Below, piece by piece: positions 24,914 through 37,156 of a stretch of 64,000 nt of DNA. The notes beneath the pieces are model-generated. The model did not search any database. It worked only from the letters and a program-made list of their open reading frames with translations, and was not told the DNA's origin. A program made the translations under genes and the position numbers. This stretch comes from Babesia bigemina. Lineage: Eukaryota. Location of the stretch: NCBI RefSeq assembly GCF_000981445.1, contig NC_027217.1, positions 2,294,001-2,358,000 on the forward strand, read 5' to 3'. Position 1 is the stretch's first letter; each line of letters begins with the position of its first letter.

Positions 24914-25514
24914 CTAGGCGGCAGGGGCTGTCCCCTCCCGCCTAGCTCCGGTTGGCGCTGCACCGACCGTGGTATTGTGCGCCGAAGCACACGGAGGACC
25001 GCTCTTGACTTGCGTCGCTGGGCCCGTGGTGGGGGGGGCTGGGCCCCCCCCGGCGACCCTTCCCCCTTGGGGCTGAGTCGCTGACGGGCGGCGTCTTGGG
25101 TCTGGCGGACGCTCCACCGTTGGTCGGTCGTTCACCTTCCGGATAGCTGTCTGGCCGGGCGGCCGTCCACTGGCCTTCGCTGCTTGGGCCGTCTTCTGGC
25201 CTTGTGCAGGCGTCGTGATGGCGCTTGCTTTACCAGAGGGCGGTTGGTTCCCTTGCTTGCTTGGGTTTGCTTTCGGCTGCCGCGCGGCTGGCGGTGGTCC
25301 CGGAGTGGGGTACCACTTCCCGCGTGACCAGAACCCTCCCGTCCGTGGTGGCGGGGGCGGGCGCTTGCGAACAGGCGTCACTCCCTTGGTGCCACTCGGT
25401 GCGGTCGGTGCCTTCGCGCCTCCTGCGCGAGCGTTACTGCGTAGTGTGTCCCCGGTCGAGGTGCTTGAGTTTTAGCATTACACCTAGACTATCTGTGACC
25501 TTAAAGGCCACCAT
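24914..25514 (-). other. GC-rich Pro/Gly/Ala/Arg-rich ORF; gene or pseudogene, start unresolved
   Basis: Stop-free frame of about 185 codons (NSSTSTGDTLRS...KRPPPPPRTGG...TAPAA*) in an abrupt GC-rich island. No in-frame ATG. A nearby ATG GTG GCC TTT AAG (25514) is one base out of frame after the obvious splice. Confidence 0.4.
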
Positions 25515-27220
25515 GCTTTCTTCACCTCGACTAGAGATAAGACGCATCAGCTGACTAGGGCGCATCACAGCAAAGTTGAAGTCTCTATACAAGTGTAACG
25601 CCATAAAGTAGGCCATTGATATGCCTGCTCACACCAATGTATTGAGAGGCGAATATATTGTCCGCCTTAGCGTTCGTCCATAGTATTCATGACCTGTGTA
25701 CCGTAGTGACGGCGACGTAGCCTCACAATTTGTTAGTTGCCCCACTTTTAATTTAACGCATCATAGGCCCACACCAACTCATTATAATTAGGACGCTGTT
25801 ACGTGTTGCGATAATAGAATGGGGTACAGTACTTACAATTCACTTAAGTGCAGTGGGGGCCTGACGTCACGTCACACATCAGTGCGAGTGCTTTTTAAGC
25901 GGGGCGTGGTTATCTCGATGTTATCCTCTGTACGCAGGTAGTTGATATATGACAATTGTGGGGAAAATAGTTGTTACTAACTCAAGCAGAAGGCAACACA
26001 AGTAGAGCTAACCTCGGTAACATATGTACGGCGAAGTGGCCACTTCGAAGAGATCGTGCATAGGTTTGAGACTAACATGGACAAGAAGGGCACAAATGAC
26101 GTAACTGCGGAATGTGCATCGTCGATGCGACATGCTGGAGAGAACAACGATTCAAACCCTACCGCCGCTACTGCATGCTTAGACGTCATTTCCAACATGG
26201 GATTCAACGATTGAATGGGTAAACACTGTAAAGTGTACACATGTTCAGACTTTCTAGAATGCCAAATGACGATAGGTTGGCAAAGGCGTGGTAACAATAT
26301 GCCAACAGCAGTCGCGTGACCGCAAAGAAGGGAATCCATGACAAAGTTTTGATTTTTCATTTTTTCAATAACTTCCCATCCCGTGCACTGAATGCGTATT
26401 CAATATTTCCTACAAGCTAAGATCTTTCCAGGTCCTATTGGCCGTAATGACTGCAACGGAAGGAAGGAGTATGTGAGGTGAGGCGAAATGATTCTGTTTA
26501 CAAATCAAAAAATGACGACCAACTGCTTTAACAGCAGTAATGTGTAACCATAGCCTACTGCGATGCAACTGATCATGAAGGTGTGACGGTTTGAGAGCGA
26601 AACGTCACCACTGCTGGCCAACGTTGAGTGATGCGGGGAAAATGGAATCGTTTCTCTGGGAATACGTTGCACATCTCCCAACGCAGCAATATGTTGTAAG
26701 TATACTTATTCACTAATCTTATGGCGCTGTAATTGCAAAACTGTATGCAGTACATTCACCGTTATTTAAGTCATGCAAATGACACCTTTTACACCCCGCG
26801 CCCAAAATGGGATTTCTCGCAACGGAAGCCATGATTTTGGATTACCATCAAAGCATAACACGACATTACCTATTGTGTTATGCCAATAATTCATGTGTAT
26901 TCGATCCGTAGCAGTGTGTTGCGATTCTACATTCACCCGGTGTGCTATGCATTTACAACATCTGATTCCTTAAACAACTGTATTTGCTCTTCAGTGTACG
27001 GTATCGAGCAGTTGGATATCTCGTCTTGATGTCGATCTAATCTGAGGCGACTGACATATAGAATCACTCAACTCGTGTAACCGTCAGGTTGGTTGTTCGT
27101 CGTTCCGCATTGTTGGTTGCTTTTATGATGCGTCGTCACCTAATCGTGACTATTTCAGCAGTTATTCTGTTTGTATATGTTGTTCATACCTTTGTAGGGT
27201 TCTGCGAATGAATTTGGGGG

Positions 27221-28120
27221 ATGATGGCGCAGACGCAGGTGAAGGGGAACACGTGTCAATGCTTCAATATTACGTGTGATAAGTCCAGCAATGGTCCATG
27301 CTCTGATGACAAGTGTACTACGTGCAAGACATGCTGCGACCCCGACTGTACTCGCTGCAAGGATAAATGCAAGGAAAACGATTCTTGTAGATGTCATATT
27401 CCCCGCTGTGGTTGTCCGACTAATTGTTATGGGGACAACGGAGATGGCACGTGTAAAGGAAAAGATAACAATAGTTGTAATCGATGCCTGACAAAATGCG
27501 AAAAAGGGCAACCGTGTAAATGTTATCGTTGCAGCTGCGGAACGAAATGTAATGGCGTAATTTGCAGCTGCTGTAAGTGGTGTGATCCGAGGAATTGTTC
27601 CGGAAAGAAGTGCGACGGCTACGTAATTGGTAGATGCGGAGACAAAATTCCAAAGCCTGATAAATGCCAAGGCCACGTCAAATACGACAACTACGACGAC
27701 AAATACGGCGCTGTATTGAAACGCGAAACTAAAAATGTAATCACGTGCGATGGAAGACCCCACCCAGGCAAGGTATGTACTGAGAACAACTGCAATTGGC
27801 TTGGTGGTGTACTGCAGCCCGACGGCAATTGCGTCAAGCTTTGCACGTACTGCGGTGACCTATGCGGCCAAGATAAATTTAGGCGCTGCTGCTACATAGC
27901 TATCCCCGTAGTTATCATTGTCTTAGCATTCCTTATTTTTAGGTTCATGCTTCCCGAGAAGTTCCACGCGATTACGACTAAAATACGCGCCGCATTTCCC
28001 AGTTCTCCTAGGCATCCCGGAAGATCCCTGAGTAATCTCGTCGGTGACAGACTTCCCGAGGAGATGAGCGTTGACCGGTACCCCGCCTTCCGACCAAAGG
28101 CATTTGCTGGCTTGGCGTAG
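27221..28120 (+). CDS. Cys-rich protein with a single C-terminal TM helix and cytoplasmic tail, paralog B; probable surface protein
   Basis: 299-aa ORF with about 42 Cys in the first ~225 aa. Shares CNGVICSCCKWCDPRNCSG and the tail FRFMLPEKFHAITTKIRAAFPSSPR with paralog A. An in-frame stop lies just upstream of the ATG. Confidence 0.85.
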   Translation: MMAQTQVKGNTCQCFNITCDKSSNGPCSDDKCTTCKTCCDPDCTRCKDKCKENDSCRCHIPRCGCPTNCYGDNGDGTCKGKDNNSCNRCLTKCEKGQPCKCYRCSCGTKCNGVICSCCKWCDPRNCSGKKCDGYVIGRCGDKIPKPDKCQGHVKYDNYDDKYGAVLKRETKNVITCDGRPHPGKVCTENNCNWLGGVLQPDGNCVKLCTYCGDLCGQDKFRRCCYIAIPVVIIVLAFLIFRFMLPEKFHAITTKIRAAFPSSPRHPGRSLSNLVGDRLPEEMSVDRYPAFRPKAFAGLA

Positions 28121-28452
28121 AAGTGTAGAGTTTTTCAATATCGCAATAACTATAACTTTAAAATGCAGTCGTTTTAACTATAGCTTCACGTTTTTATAGC
28201 TGGATTCTACAAAACACCGAAGAACCATATTCACTGATGTTACTTCGTCTCTATTCCAACAGTATCCGAGCATGAGCGCATTTAGAGGTCAATGGTTTCG
28301 AGAGTGTGGCGTCACACTAAAACATTGAGAACCGTAGTGGCAGAAATATACAGTGAAACACTCTACGGAAACGAACCACTACAAAATCCCATCACATGCA
28401 AATTCACAAAGTTGCAAACACGTACACTAACTTCATTACCCATATTATTACA

Positions 28453-31384
28453 TCAGGTTGTTCGCTTTAGACTAGAGTCCACAATCTTCTCCTGTACTAC
28501 TGGAGGTACCGGGTGGTAGTGGGACATTTGCATGGTGTAAAAACCGCGCCCCTGACTCATAGAACGCAGCTCCGTCATGTATCCGCTCATCTCCTGCAGT
28601 GGTACGGTTCCAGATATCTCCTTGACCCCGCCGAAGCCGTCCTTAATGGTGTGCACCTGGCCACGACGACGGAGCAGATCCCCTCTTACAGTGCCGAAGT
28701 TTGCCAACGGGCATACTACATTCACCTTCATTATGGGCTCGAGCAGCTTGACACCCGCGTCTCTACCGGCGTCACGAACGGCCATCGTTGTCGCGGTGTG
28801 GAAGGCGAATTCGGAGCTATCCACGATGTGGAAGGTTCCGTCGAGCAGCGTAACACGCACGTCGGTGACGGGGTAATGGGCCAGCAGACCCTCCTGGAAC
28901 TGTTGGCGAGCTCCGGATTCAACAGCTGGAATGAACTCCTGCGGAATAGCCCCGCAAGTGATGTTGTTGCGGAACTGCACGCCTTCACCCTGTTCAAGCG
29001 GTTCAATATACAGCTTCACGTGGCCATACTGTCCACGACCACCCGATTGCCTCACATAACGTCCTTCTGCGTGTACAGCTTTGACGAACGTCTCTTTGAA
29101 TTCCACTTGAGGAGAGCCTGTCCTCACTGCCAGGTTGTACTCACGCCGCATCCGATCCACGATAATGTCCAAGTGCAGTTCACCCATGCCACTGATGATT
29201 GTTTCCTGTGTTTCAGGTTTCATGTGCATACGGAACGACGGGTCTTCCTTCATGAACTTGCGGAAGACATCGCACATCCGTTCCAGCTCGTTGGGATCCT
29301 CGGGTTCCACCTTAAGACTTATCACCGGCTCCGGGAAGTCAATGGATTCCAACAGCAGCTCATCCCGCTCGTTGCACAGAGTGTCACCAGTTATCACGTC
29401 CTTCACGCCGACCTGTTGTGATATTAGTGTTGCGGCGAAGTCGCTCACCAGAGAGACTATATCCCCAGCATGTGCCGTCTTCAGGTGCTTGCGTTCGTTT
29501 GAGTGTATAAACAGCAACTTCTGCACCTTGTTACCCTTCTTCGTACGTGGGTTGTAGACAACATCTCCAACGTTCACTTGGCCCCGGTACACTCGGATGT
29601 ACGCTTGGGTACCGATTTGTGTATCGTGCGATATCTTGAAGGCCAAGGCGGCGAACGGCAGGTTGAAATCGTTGGTGTCGAAGGTCACTTGTATCTCCTT
29701 GGTCTCCTTTGCGTTAGTCTGCGAATTGGATTCGAGGCTTGCCACGCTCTCGTCCTTATTTGCGTGGATGCACATTTTGTTAGCTTCACATGGCGACGGG
29801 AGGTAGTCGACGATCATGTCTAGGAATCCTGACAGTAATAGACCAGAGCCGACATTAATCACAAACCCTGTATGTTCTTGTTCTTCAGGGAGCTCCCAGC
29901 ACAGACGGGTGCGATACGGTTGGCCAGGGTCATGATGCGGAGGCCGCTGCGGATCTGCTCCTCCGATAAATCACCTTCGAGAACATGAAAACATCCGGAT
30001 ATTCGCTTACCATTGGTGATATATTTATCCAGGAGCTCCTCACTGGCCTGTGCAGCGTAATCTAACATGTGCGTCCTGTAGTGCTGGAGTTCCTCCTGCA
30101 TGTCATCCGGTACCGGCGCTTGGGTGTAATCGAAACTGTCTTTATCCTTATCGAACTTGTAGAATTTGCGCCTGCACAAGTTTGGTCATTATTCCATCGG
30201 TTTCTAAGTACCTGATCACGTCAACCACGCCCTGAAAGGTGGCTGCTGCACCCACGGGAATAAACACAGGTACCGGTGTAGCTCCAAGTTTTTCCTCCAT
30301 TTCTTTGACGCACTTCTCGAAGCTGGCACCTGGTCGGTCCATTTTATTAACATATGCGATACGTGGGATTTGGTAATTATTCGCTTGCCGCCAGACAGTT
30401 TCAGACTGCGGCTCGACGCCAGCAACACCATCGAAAACAGCTGCAGCGCCATCCAACACCCTCAATGAACGCTCCACCTTCAAGACGTTTGCATGGAAGA
30501 CAAACGCATTACCTCAACAGTGAAATCCACGTGGCCGGGCGTATCGATGATGTTGATGCGATGCTGTGGGAACTTGCGATATCCGCCCTTCCAGAAGCAC
30601 GTCGTGGCAGCGGCCGTGATTGTGATGCCACGCTCGCGCTCCTGTGGCATATAGTCCATGATCGCCTCGCCTGCGTGTAGAGTCATCGCCATCAATAACA
30701 CCTATACCATCATGCACTTCGCCGATCTTGTAGCTGACGCCGGTGAGATACAATACGCGTTCCGTAGTAGTGGTCTTCCCCGCGTCAATATGCGCTATAA
30801 TACCTGAGAATCATCAGTACTTAGTAATTTAAGGCGCGATTTGGGAATTAGACAACTTTCCTGTATTACGCAAACGTGTCTATTAAACACCAACAAATAG
30901 TATATGCTTTTAAGGGAGAAAACGCCGCTAAAATTCCGTAAACCACCTTATTCAGCCCCTCAACAAACTTATACTGACGTAGGTGATGCATTATATGCGC
31001 CGTAGAGCAGCGCAAAATAATTTACATCATTTACAGGAATCACGGCATAACCTGGGATAATAACTTACCGATATTCCTGTATCGATGCAGAGGAACTTCC
31101 ATATCGCTACAGTCAGCAGGCGCAGCCTGTATATATTGGAAGCGCTGTCGGCCGCCATGCGGCTCAGTGAGACGCGCTTGGCCCAGCCCTGAGTTAGACA
31201 CTGCATTTAGCCTGGATGATCTATCCAGGGGGCTCAAGAAGGCTTTTCGTGCGCCCGCGGCGCTTCTAATGTTTGCGATAATGCGATGTGTGCCATTTAG
31301 TGGCTGGAATCCCGCCTGGTGGTCGGAATGGTGGAGGCATATAGCATACGACGCAGTTGCCAGTAGGAGCGCGCAAATCAGCAT
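28453..31384 (-). CDS. fusA: Elongation factor G, apicoplast-targeted, multi-exon
   Basis: [57 protein letters not shown] and [12 protein letters not shown]. The N-terminal hydrophobic signal peptide plus basic transit peptide is a bipartite apicoplast leader. Confidence 0.95.
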
Positions 31385-31780
31385 CGGAACCCAAATCCAG
31401 GAATTCCTATGCTATATGTGTTCTCCGAACGGATTCTTCCACATCGGTTGCTTCATTGAGTCGCTATGATGCCATGGAGCTGTAAAGAAGTGTCGGATGG
31501 GGAGAGTCACACTTGACGGCAGGGCAGAGGCTCTACCATCATGAATAGATAAAAAAGCGGCCTAGGGGGCCAGGCGCTTAACTGGATTGTGTATAATTTT
31601 TGGTGTTCAAGCGAATTGCCTGAAGGCACACATCAGCCGTTCCTCAGACGGTATAGCACAGGCGCTCCGCCCAGAATCCGGGACTCAACGTCAAGCTATA
31701 CGCCCGCTGGGCATGTTTTATCTTCACCTTAATTTAGGTGCTGGTATATGTTAGATTGAGCCGCGTATTACTTCTCCAAA

Positions 31781-32916
31781 ATGTCGGTATTCCAGAAGAT
31801 CGCGGAGGTCGAGGCCGAAATGGCCAGAACCCAGAAGAACAAGGCCACCAACTTTCACCTTGGTCTTTTGAAGGCAAAGCTCTCTAAGCTTCGTGCCCAG
31901 CTCATTGAAGGCAGCGGCAGCAAGGGTGGTGGCGCCGGAGAGGGTTTCGACGTTTCCAAGACAGGTGACGCCCGCGTTGGCCTGGTGGGATTCCCGTCTG
32001 TGGGCAAGTCGACCCTGCTAAACAAGCTGACCGGGACATACTCCGAGGTTGCGGCGTACGAATTCACGACGTTAACTTGCGTGCCCGGCGTATTCAAGTA
32101 CAAGGGGTCTAAAATACAGTTGCTCGATCTGCCCGGTATTATCGAGGGTGCCAAGGATGGTAAGGGTCGTGGTAAGCAGGTTATCGCCGTCGCACGTACG
32201 TGCGGTCTGATCCTCGTCGTGCTGGACGCAGCTAAGTCTATGAACCACAAGCGACTGCTGGAAAAGGAGATGGAGGGGTTCGGGATCCGGCTGAACAAGA
32301 CCCCGCCGAATATCACCTTCACGCGCAAGGACAAGGGCGGGATCACGGTGACGCACACCGTGCCGCTAAACAACGTTGACGAGGAAATGATCAAGTCGAT
32401 TTGTCACGAATATCGCATCTGCAATGCGTCGTTTTCCATCCGCTGCGACGCCACGGTTGACGACATCATCGATGTCATCGAGGGGAATCGCATATACATT
32501 CCGTGCCTGTACGTGCTGAACAAAATCGACCAGATCACGATACCCGAACTGGATATACTATCGCAAGTGCCGCACTACGTGCCAATATCGGCACACCACG
32601 AGGTAGGTCGCTAACGCAGCCGGCTAACGTTTCGCAGTGGAACCTCGACCTGCTCTTGGAGAGTATATGGAAGTACCTCGACCTCGTGCGTATTTACACG
32701 AAGCCGCGCGGCAAAATCCCCGACTACGAGGCCCCCGTCATCCTCAAGCGTCATCACAGCAAGGTCGAGGACTTCTGCCTCAAGATTCACAGGTCGCTGC
32801 TCACGCAGTTCAAGTACGCCCTGGTTTGGGGCACTTCGGTGAAGCACAACCCGCAGAAGGTCGGGAAGGAGCACGTGCTGGCCGACCAGGACATTGTACA
32901 GATTGTGAAGCAGTAG
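31781..32916 (+). CDS. DRG1: Developmentally regulated GTP-binding protein 1 (OBG family, TGS domain), 2 exons
   Basis: [48 protein letters not shown] and [16 protein letters not shown]. Intron at about 32603-32637. Confidence 0.96.
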
Positions 32917-33198
32917 CCGGGCGCCGCGTCGACGCGTAACCCCTTGGTGATATGGTCCGCCGACCGACGGACGGCCTCGGCTTCACCTCCACAACACAAT
33001 AAGAATTCACCGATGTATTTGGAGACTGAAATAACGTTTTGGTGCGTAATGTGTACGTTATAAAAGGCTGTGCACGACGTATTGGCGGCTTTGGGCGCCG
33101 TGTCCACGGGCGCGAGTGGGGACTGTCTACTCCGCGAATTAACGCGTCGGGCCTTGCTACGAGCAGTATACATATTTCATATCGCAGAACCTCTAAAA

Positions 33199-33592
33199 AT
33201 GTCGCGAACCGGGGCTCCGAACATCGAGGTAGAGGTGCTCAAGGGCCTCAGCCAGCCGTCCGCGCTCCACGACGAACTCGTGCGCTACATCCTCTCCACC
33301 GTGGGCTGCAAGCTGCACAACGAGTCGACGCTGAGGCTCGTATCGCACGCTGCGCAGATGGCGCTCGAAAAGGTAGGCGCGTGCCGAGCAACACAATCAC
33401 GGCGTTCAGTTCATCAAGGATGCGAAGAATATGCAAATGATCAGCAAATCAATGACCGAGGGGAAGGTCGGCCTGCTGACCCTCGACGAGATTCGCGAGC
33501 TCGACTACCAGATCATCGTGGAGACCATGCAGAAGACGGAGCCAAAGGCATACAACTACAGTGTGTTTCTAGAGCCGAACACGGAATTCTGA
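33199..33592 (+). CDS. TAF10: TFIID/SAGA subunit TAF10-like histone-fold protein, 2 exons
   Basis: LHDELVRYILSTVGC......TLRLVSHAAQMALEK|FIKDAKNM follows the TAF10 pattern. Intron 33373-33409. Confidence 0.65.
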
Positions 33593-33612
33593 GCACAGGG
33601 ACAATTGAACTG

Positions 33613-36334
33613 TTAGTCCATTAGCCACGGGTTGTCCTTAATGACGGACGGGTCCCGTTCCCCGTAGTCGATCAGGAGTTCCTCACCGCTGCATCACGTC
33701 AGAAACCCATATCGCATAACCAACCTTTTGATGTCGCGTTTCGCCACGAAGAACAAGCGCGGGCATCCGTCGATCTCCAGCGCCTTGGGCACCACGTTCG
33801 GGTTCCTGCGGGAGTGGTTGATCAGCCTCGCCGGTCCGAACGTGATGTCCTCTTCCGTGGCGTCGATGCAGTAGCGCTTCGTGTGAATGCGGAAGTAAAA
33901 CACGAACGACCTGATAAAACTATACAGTAAAAAGTGGATGATAGACGCACCCCTTGTATGATCGCGACTTGTCGTATTTCTGGTCCCTGATCTTCGCCAC
34001 CTTCTCCGTTATGATCTGGCCCTTGTACTCCACCACGAAGTCGCCTTTCGTGATGTCGTACGCCGCGAACACCGCGCGGCCCTTGGCTGGGATATAGTCC
34101 AGGCGCACGGGGGCGAAGAGTCCGCGCTTGAGGTACGTCTTGTACACCACGTTTCGCTGCGCAGCGGTGAGCCCCTGCATGCTCTTCAGCATGAACCCGT
34201 CGGCGTCCATGACCGTGGATATGAGCTCATCGGCGTCGAGGTACTTGCTGACTGTGTTGCGCAGCAGCATCCCGTTGAGGTCGCGCTGCTGCTCGCGTAT
34301 CTTGTCGAGATGGGCAATCTTTTTCTGCGCGTCCCTCTCTAACAAATTCTGCATTATGACGAAGTTGTTGTCAAACACCGGGGAATAATTCGACTTCGCG
34401 ACCGGAAGGATTCTGTTTGAGGTGATAACCGGCGAATCGGCCTTCGCTGCATTACGCCTGCGTTTGCGTGTGTTCCCAACCATGTTCGGAACCATGCGTT
34501 TCAGGGAGCCCTCAAAGTCACCAGTCAACGCGAGGTTCCAGAAGACATTGGGGCAGAACTGCGCGATGTCCATCGTCAGGTCTGTCACCCCGTCCAGGTT
34601 AAGCGACGACAATGTCTCGAAAAAGAGCTCTATGGCCTTCTTCGAATAGACCTTCATCGTGTCCTCTTCGCTGTACCCCCGATATAAGGTGCGAAACCTC
34701 ACAGTTAGAATGTCGCCCTCAGAAACCACGTGATCTCCAATGTTGTACATCGCGAGGCTGTCTGGCTCCTTGGTGGTCACCTCTACGAGATCGCGCTTAA
34801 CGTTCGAGGTGAGTTGTTGCTCGTCGCGGTCGTAAAGCTCGAAGTTTTGCTTTATCATCGCCTCGATGCGCGGATTCACCATGGACACGTTGCACTGGGA
34901 CAACGTTGAGGTGTCCTCCAATCGCAACAGCCACCTGAGCTCCGCGAGCAGGACGGCTGGCAGCCCATGCACCATTTCGTCGCCTCCCTCATCGTGGTCG
35001 ATCGTAGTCGCGTACACCCACGTACCGCGGCGCTTTCCCTTCACAACTTGTTTGTTGCTGCCTTCGGCGCTTGACGGCACCCCGCCATCGAATTGGATAG
35101 AGTCAAGCGAGCGAGAGGAGGCGAGGTCCTTGCTTGATCGCATATCGTTCCGCGACAAGCTCTCCAAGAGTGCGCTTTGCAAACTGTTCTTCGATTCAGA
35201 GTCATTTTCAGCGACCCGGGAGTTCAATGCCGCCCTATAATGAGAGGCTTCCTCATTGCTCGCGGAGGCGGCACGCAAATCTAACTCCGAATCCTTGATG
35301 CTGCGTACCGATACCTTGATGCGCATTGGTTTCTTGCGGTCATCAAGGCCGTACAGGCAGCTGCGATAAAACGCGTAACCCGCTGTGGGGGCCGCGCCTT
35401 TTGACTTACTGCGCGAAGTCACCTCTACTTCATCGTCATCATCTTCTTCATTTACGATCTTAGTGCTGTCACCGTCGTTTTCGAATGTCACTGTACTGCA
35501 GGACTCTACCATTTTGCCCACAACCTTAAAGTACATGCTTTTGAAGCTGTAGGAGTACAGGACGACAAATGGGGTCTCGAACGGACGCCTCTCCACCCCT
35601 GCGATATCACTGACGTCCTGCAGAATGTCCATGCCACCGGCGGTGTACACCATGTACAACCTCTCGGCAGAGTCGCGCCGCGTGTCGGAGAGTTGTGCGA
35701 TGCTCGGCACACGCATGAGGCTGCTCACCTCGTAGTTCGGCAGCCAGAAGAGCCGGAATTTCTCCCCTCGCTGGCCGTAAAGGGCCGCCTTGACGAAGGA
35801 TGAGATGCCCATTGGTTGGTCGACCTCGGACGTGTCCTCGGCCTTGGCGTTGCGCATTTTTGCCGATGACTGACGGGTGAGCACGGGAGTCCGGGTAACC
35901 ACGTCGTTATCCGTCGCGGAATCCAGCTTTTCCTCATTAACCCCATCAGTATTGCCGTAGAGCTGATCTCCTTCCTCGCCACGTTCCGCCTTCATCATCA
36001 CGGTGGGCGTGGAAAATTCCATGTCAGCACCCTCGTCATCCATTGCTTTGTCAGGTAACTCATCGGTCACGGGGAAGGAGCCGATCTCACCGGGGGAAAA
36101 GAAGAGCTTCTCGCAGCTGTCTGTTTCGCTCCTAGTCTGTGGACCACTCCTGTCCACTGTGCACGAGGAAGGGGGGATGAGGTAAGGCGTGCAGTTCACA
36201 GAAGACTGGGATCGACCAGACGACGGCGACCCACGCCCGAAGTCGTAGTCATCGTTGGTCGACTCCTTGGAGTCTGAGAAGATGCCAGATATGACGGAGC
36301 AGCGGCTATGCGGAAAACGGGGGGAAGATACCAT
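33613..36334 (-). CDS. SET8: SET-domain histone lysine methyltransferase, SET8/PR-Set7 (H4K20) type, 3 exons
   Basis: KGRAVFA...KGDFVVEYKG, YCIDAT, ARLINHSR.NPN and GEELLIDYGERD......PWL*. The C-terminal PWL ending without a post-SET Cys cluster is typical of the SET8 class. Confidence 0.88.
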
Positions 36335-37156
36335 AGCGAAGCATCGACGCAGCTATCCTTAAAAGACTCCCACAAATGTCGCTCCAAATGCTAGCGGAGC
36401 ACTGTAATGCGATGCGAAAAAACAACACTCTCGGTGTGTACTGAAAGGCGCGTGTTATCGGTGCCACAGGTCGCTTGCATCCAGTTAGACAAGGTGTGTC
36501 ACTACCATTCACTGCACCCAGGCCAACGAAAGGCGGAGCTCAGGCGTGCCGCTTAATTATATTACGGAGGACACGTTGCCGGCGACTGTCGATCCCACGA
36601 TCGCGCGACGGGTGTCCGCTTACGCCCCCAATGGCGATGTCCGAGCAGCCGTCAGATTGTAGGTGGGGCTGCGATTTCCACAACCAGTGCGATACTTGCT
36701 GGCATGTGGCGTCTACAGTATGTAGTTTGGCGTTATAAGGCCGTATCTATTTCGCAGGCGTCCTTCTGCTAGCCGTTTTACACATCACAGACCTGGACAT
36801 AGCTTTACCCATTAAATGCAGCTTCCTCTGTATATACGTGTAATTTTTGCCACATAGTGAGCTAATATGACCTGGTTGTGTGCTACACAACTCGTTGTTA
36901 TCGTATGCTGACCACCCTGTTCCCTCTGTTAGAGGATGCGTTGACCACCTATATGTTTCAGAGCTTGGGCTCCATGTAGACCGTTCATATCACGCTAAAT
37001 TTGTGTGTATATCGTGAGCGTTTTGTTTTCAACGTAGCAGTGCATGGGCTACGACCTCCATCGTTGCTAATTACGGTGCTCCTCACCGGTGCCGCCCCGG
37101 GCTGGCAGCGGCGGCGTTTGATTCCAAAGACAATTCGCGTTACTGTATGATGCAAC

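Noticed and set aside
27009..27035. Short similarity between the upstream regions of the two Cys-rich genes (cagttggatatctcgtcttgatgt vs cagctggatgtacaccgccttgcatgt)
   Set aside because: Too short and gapped to distinguish from chance by eye.
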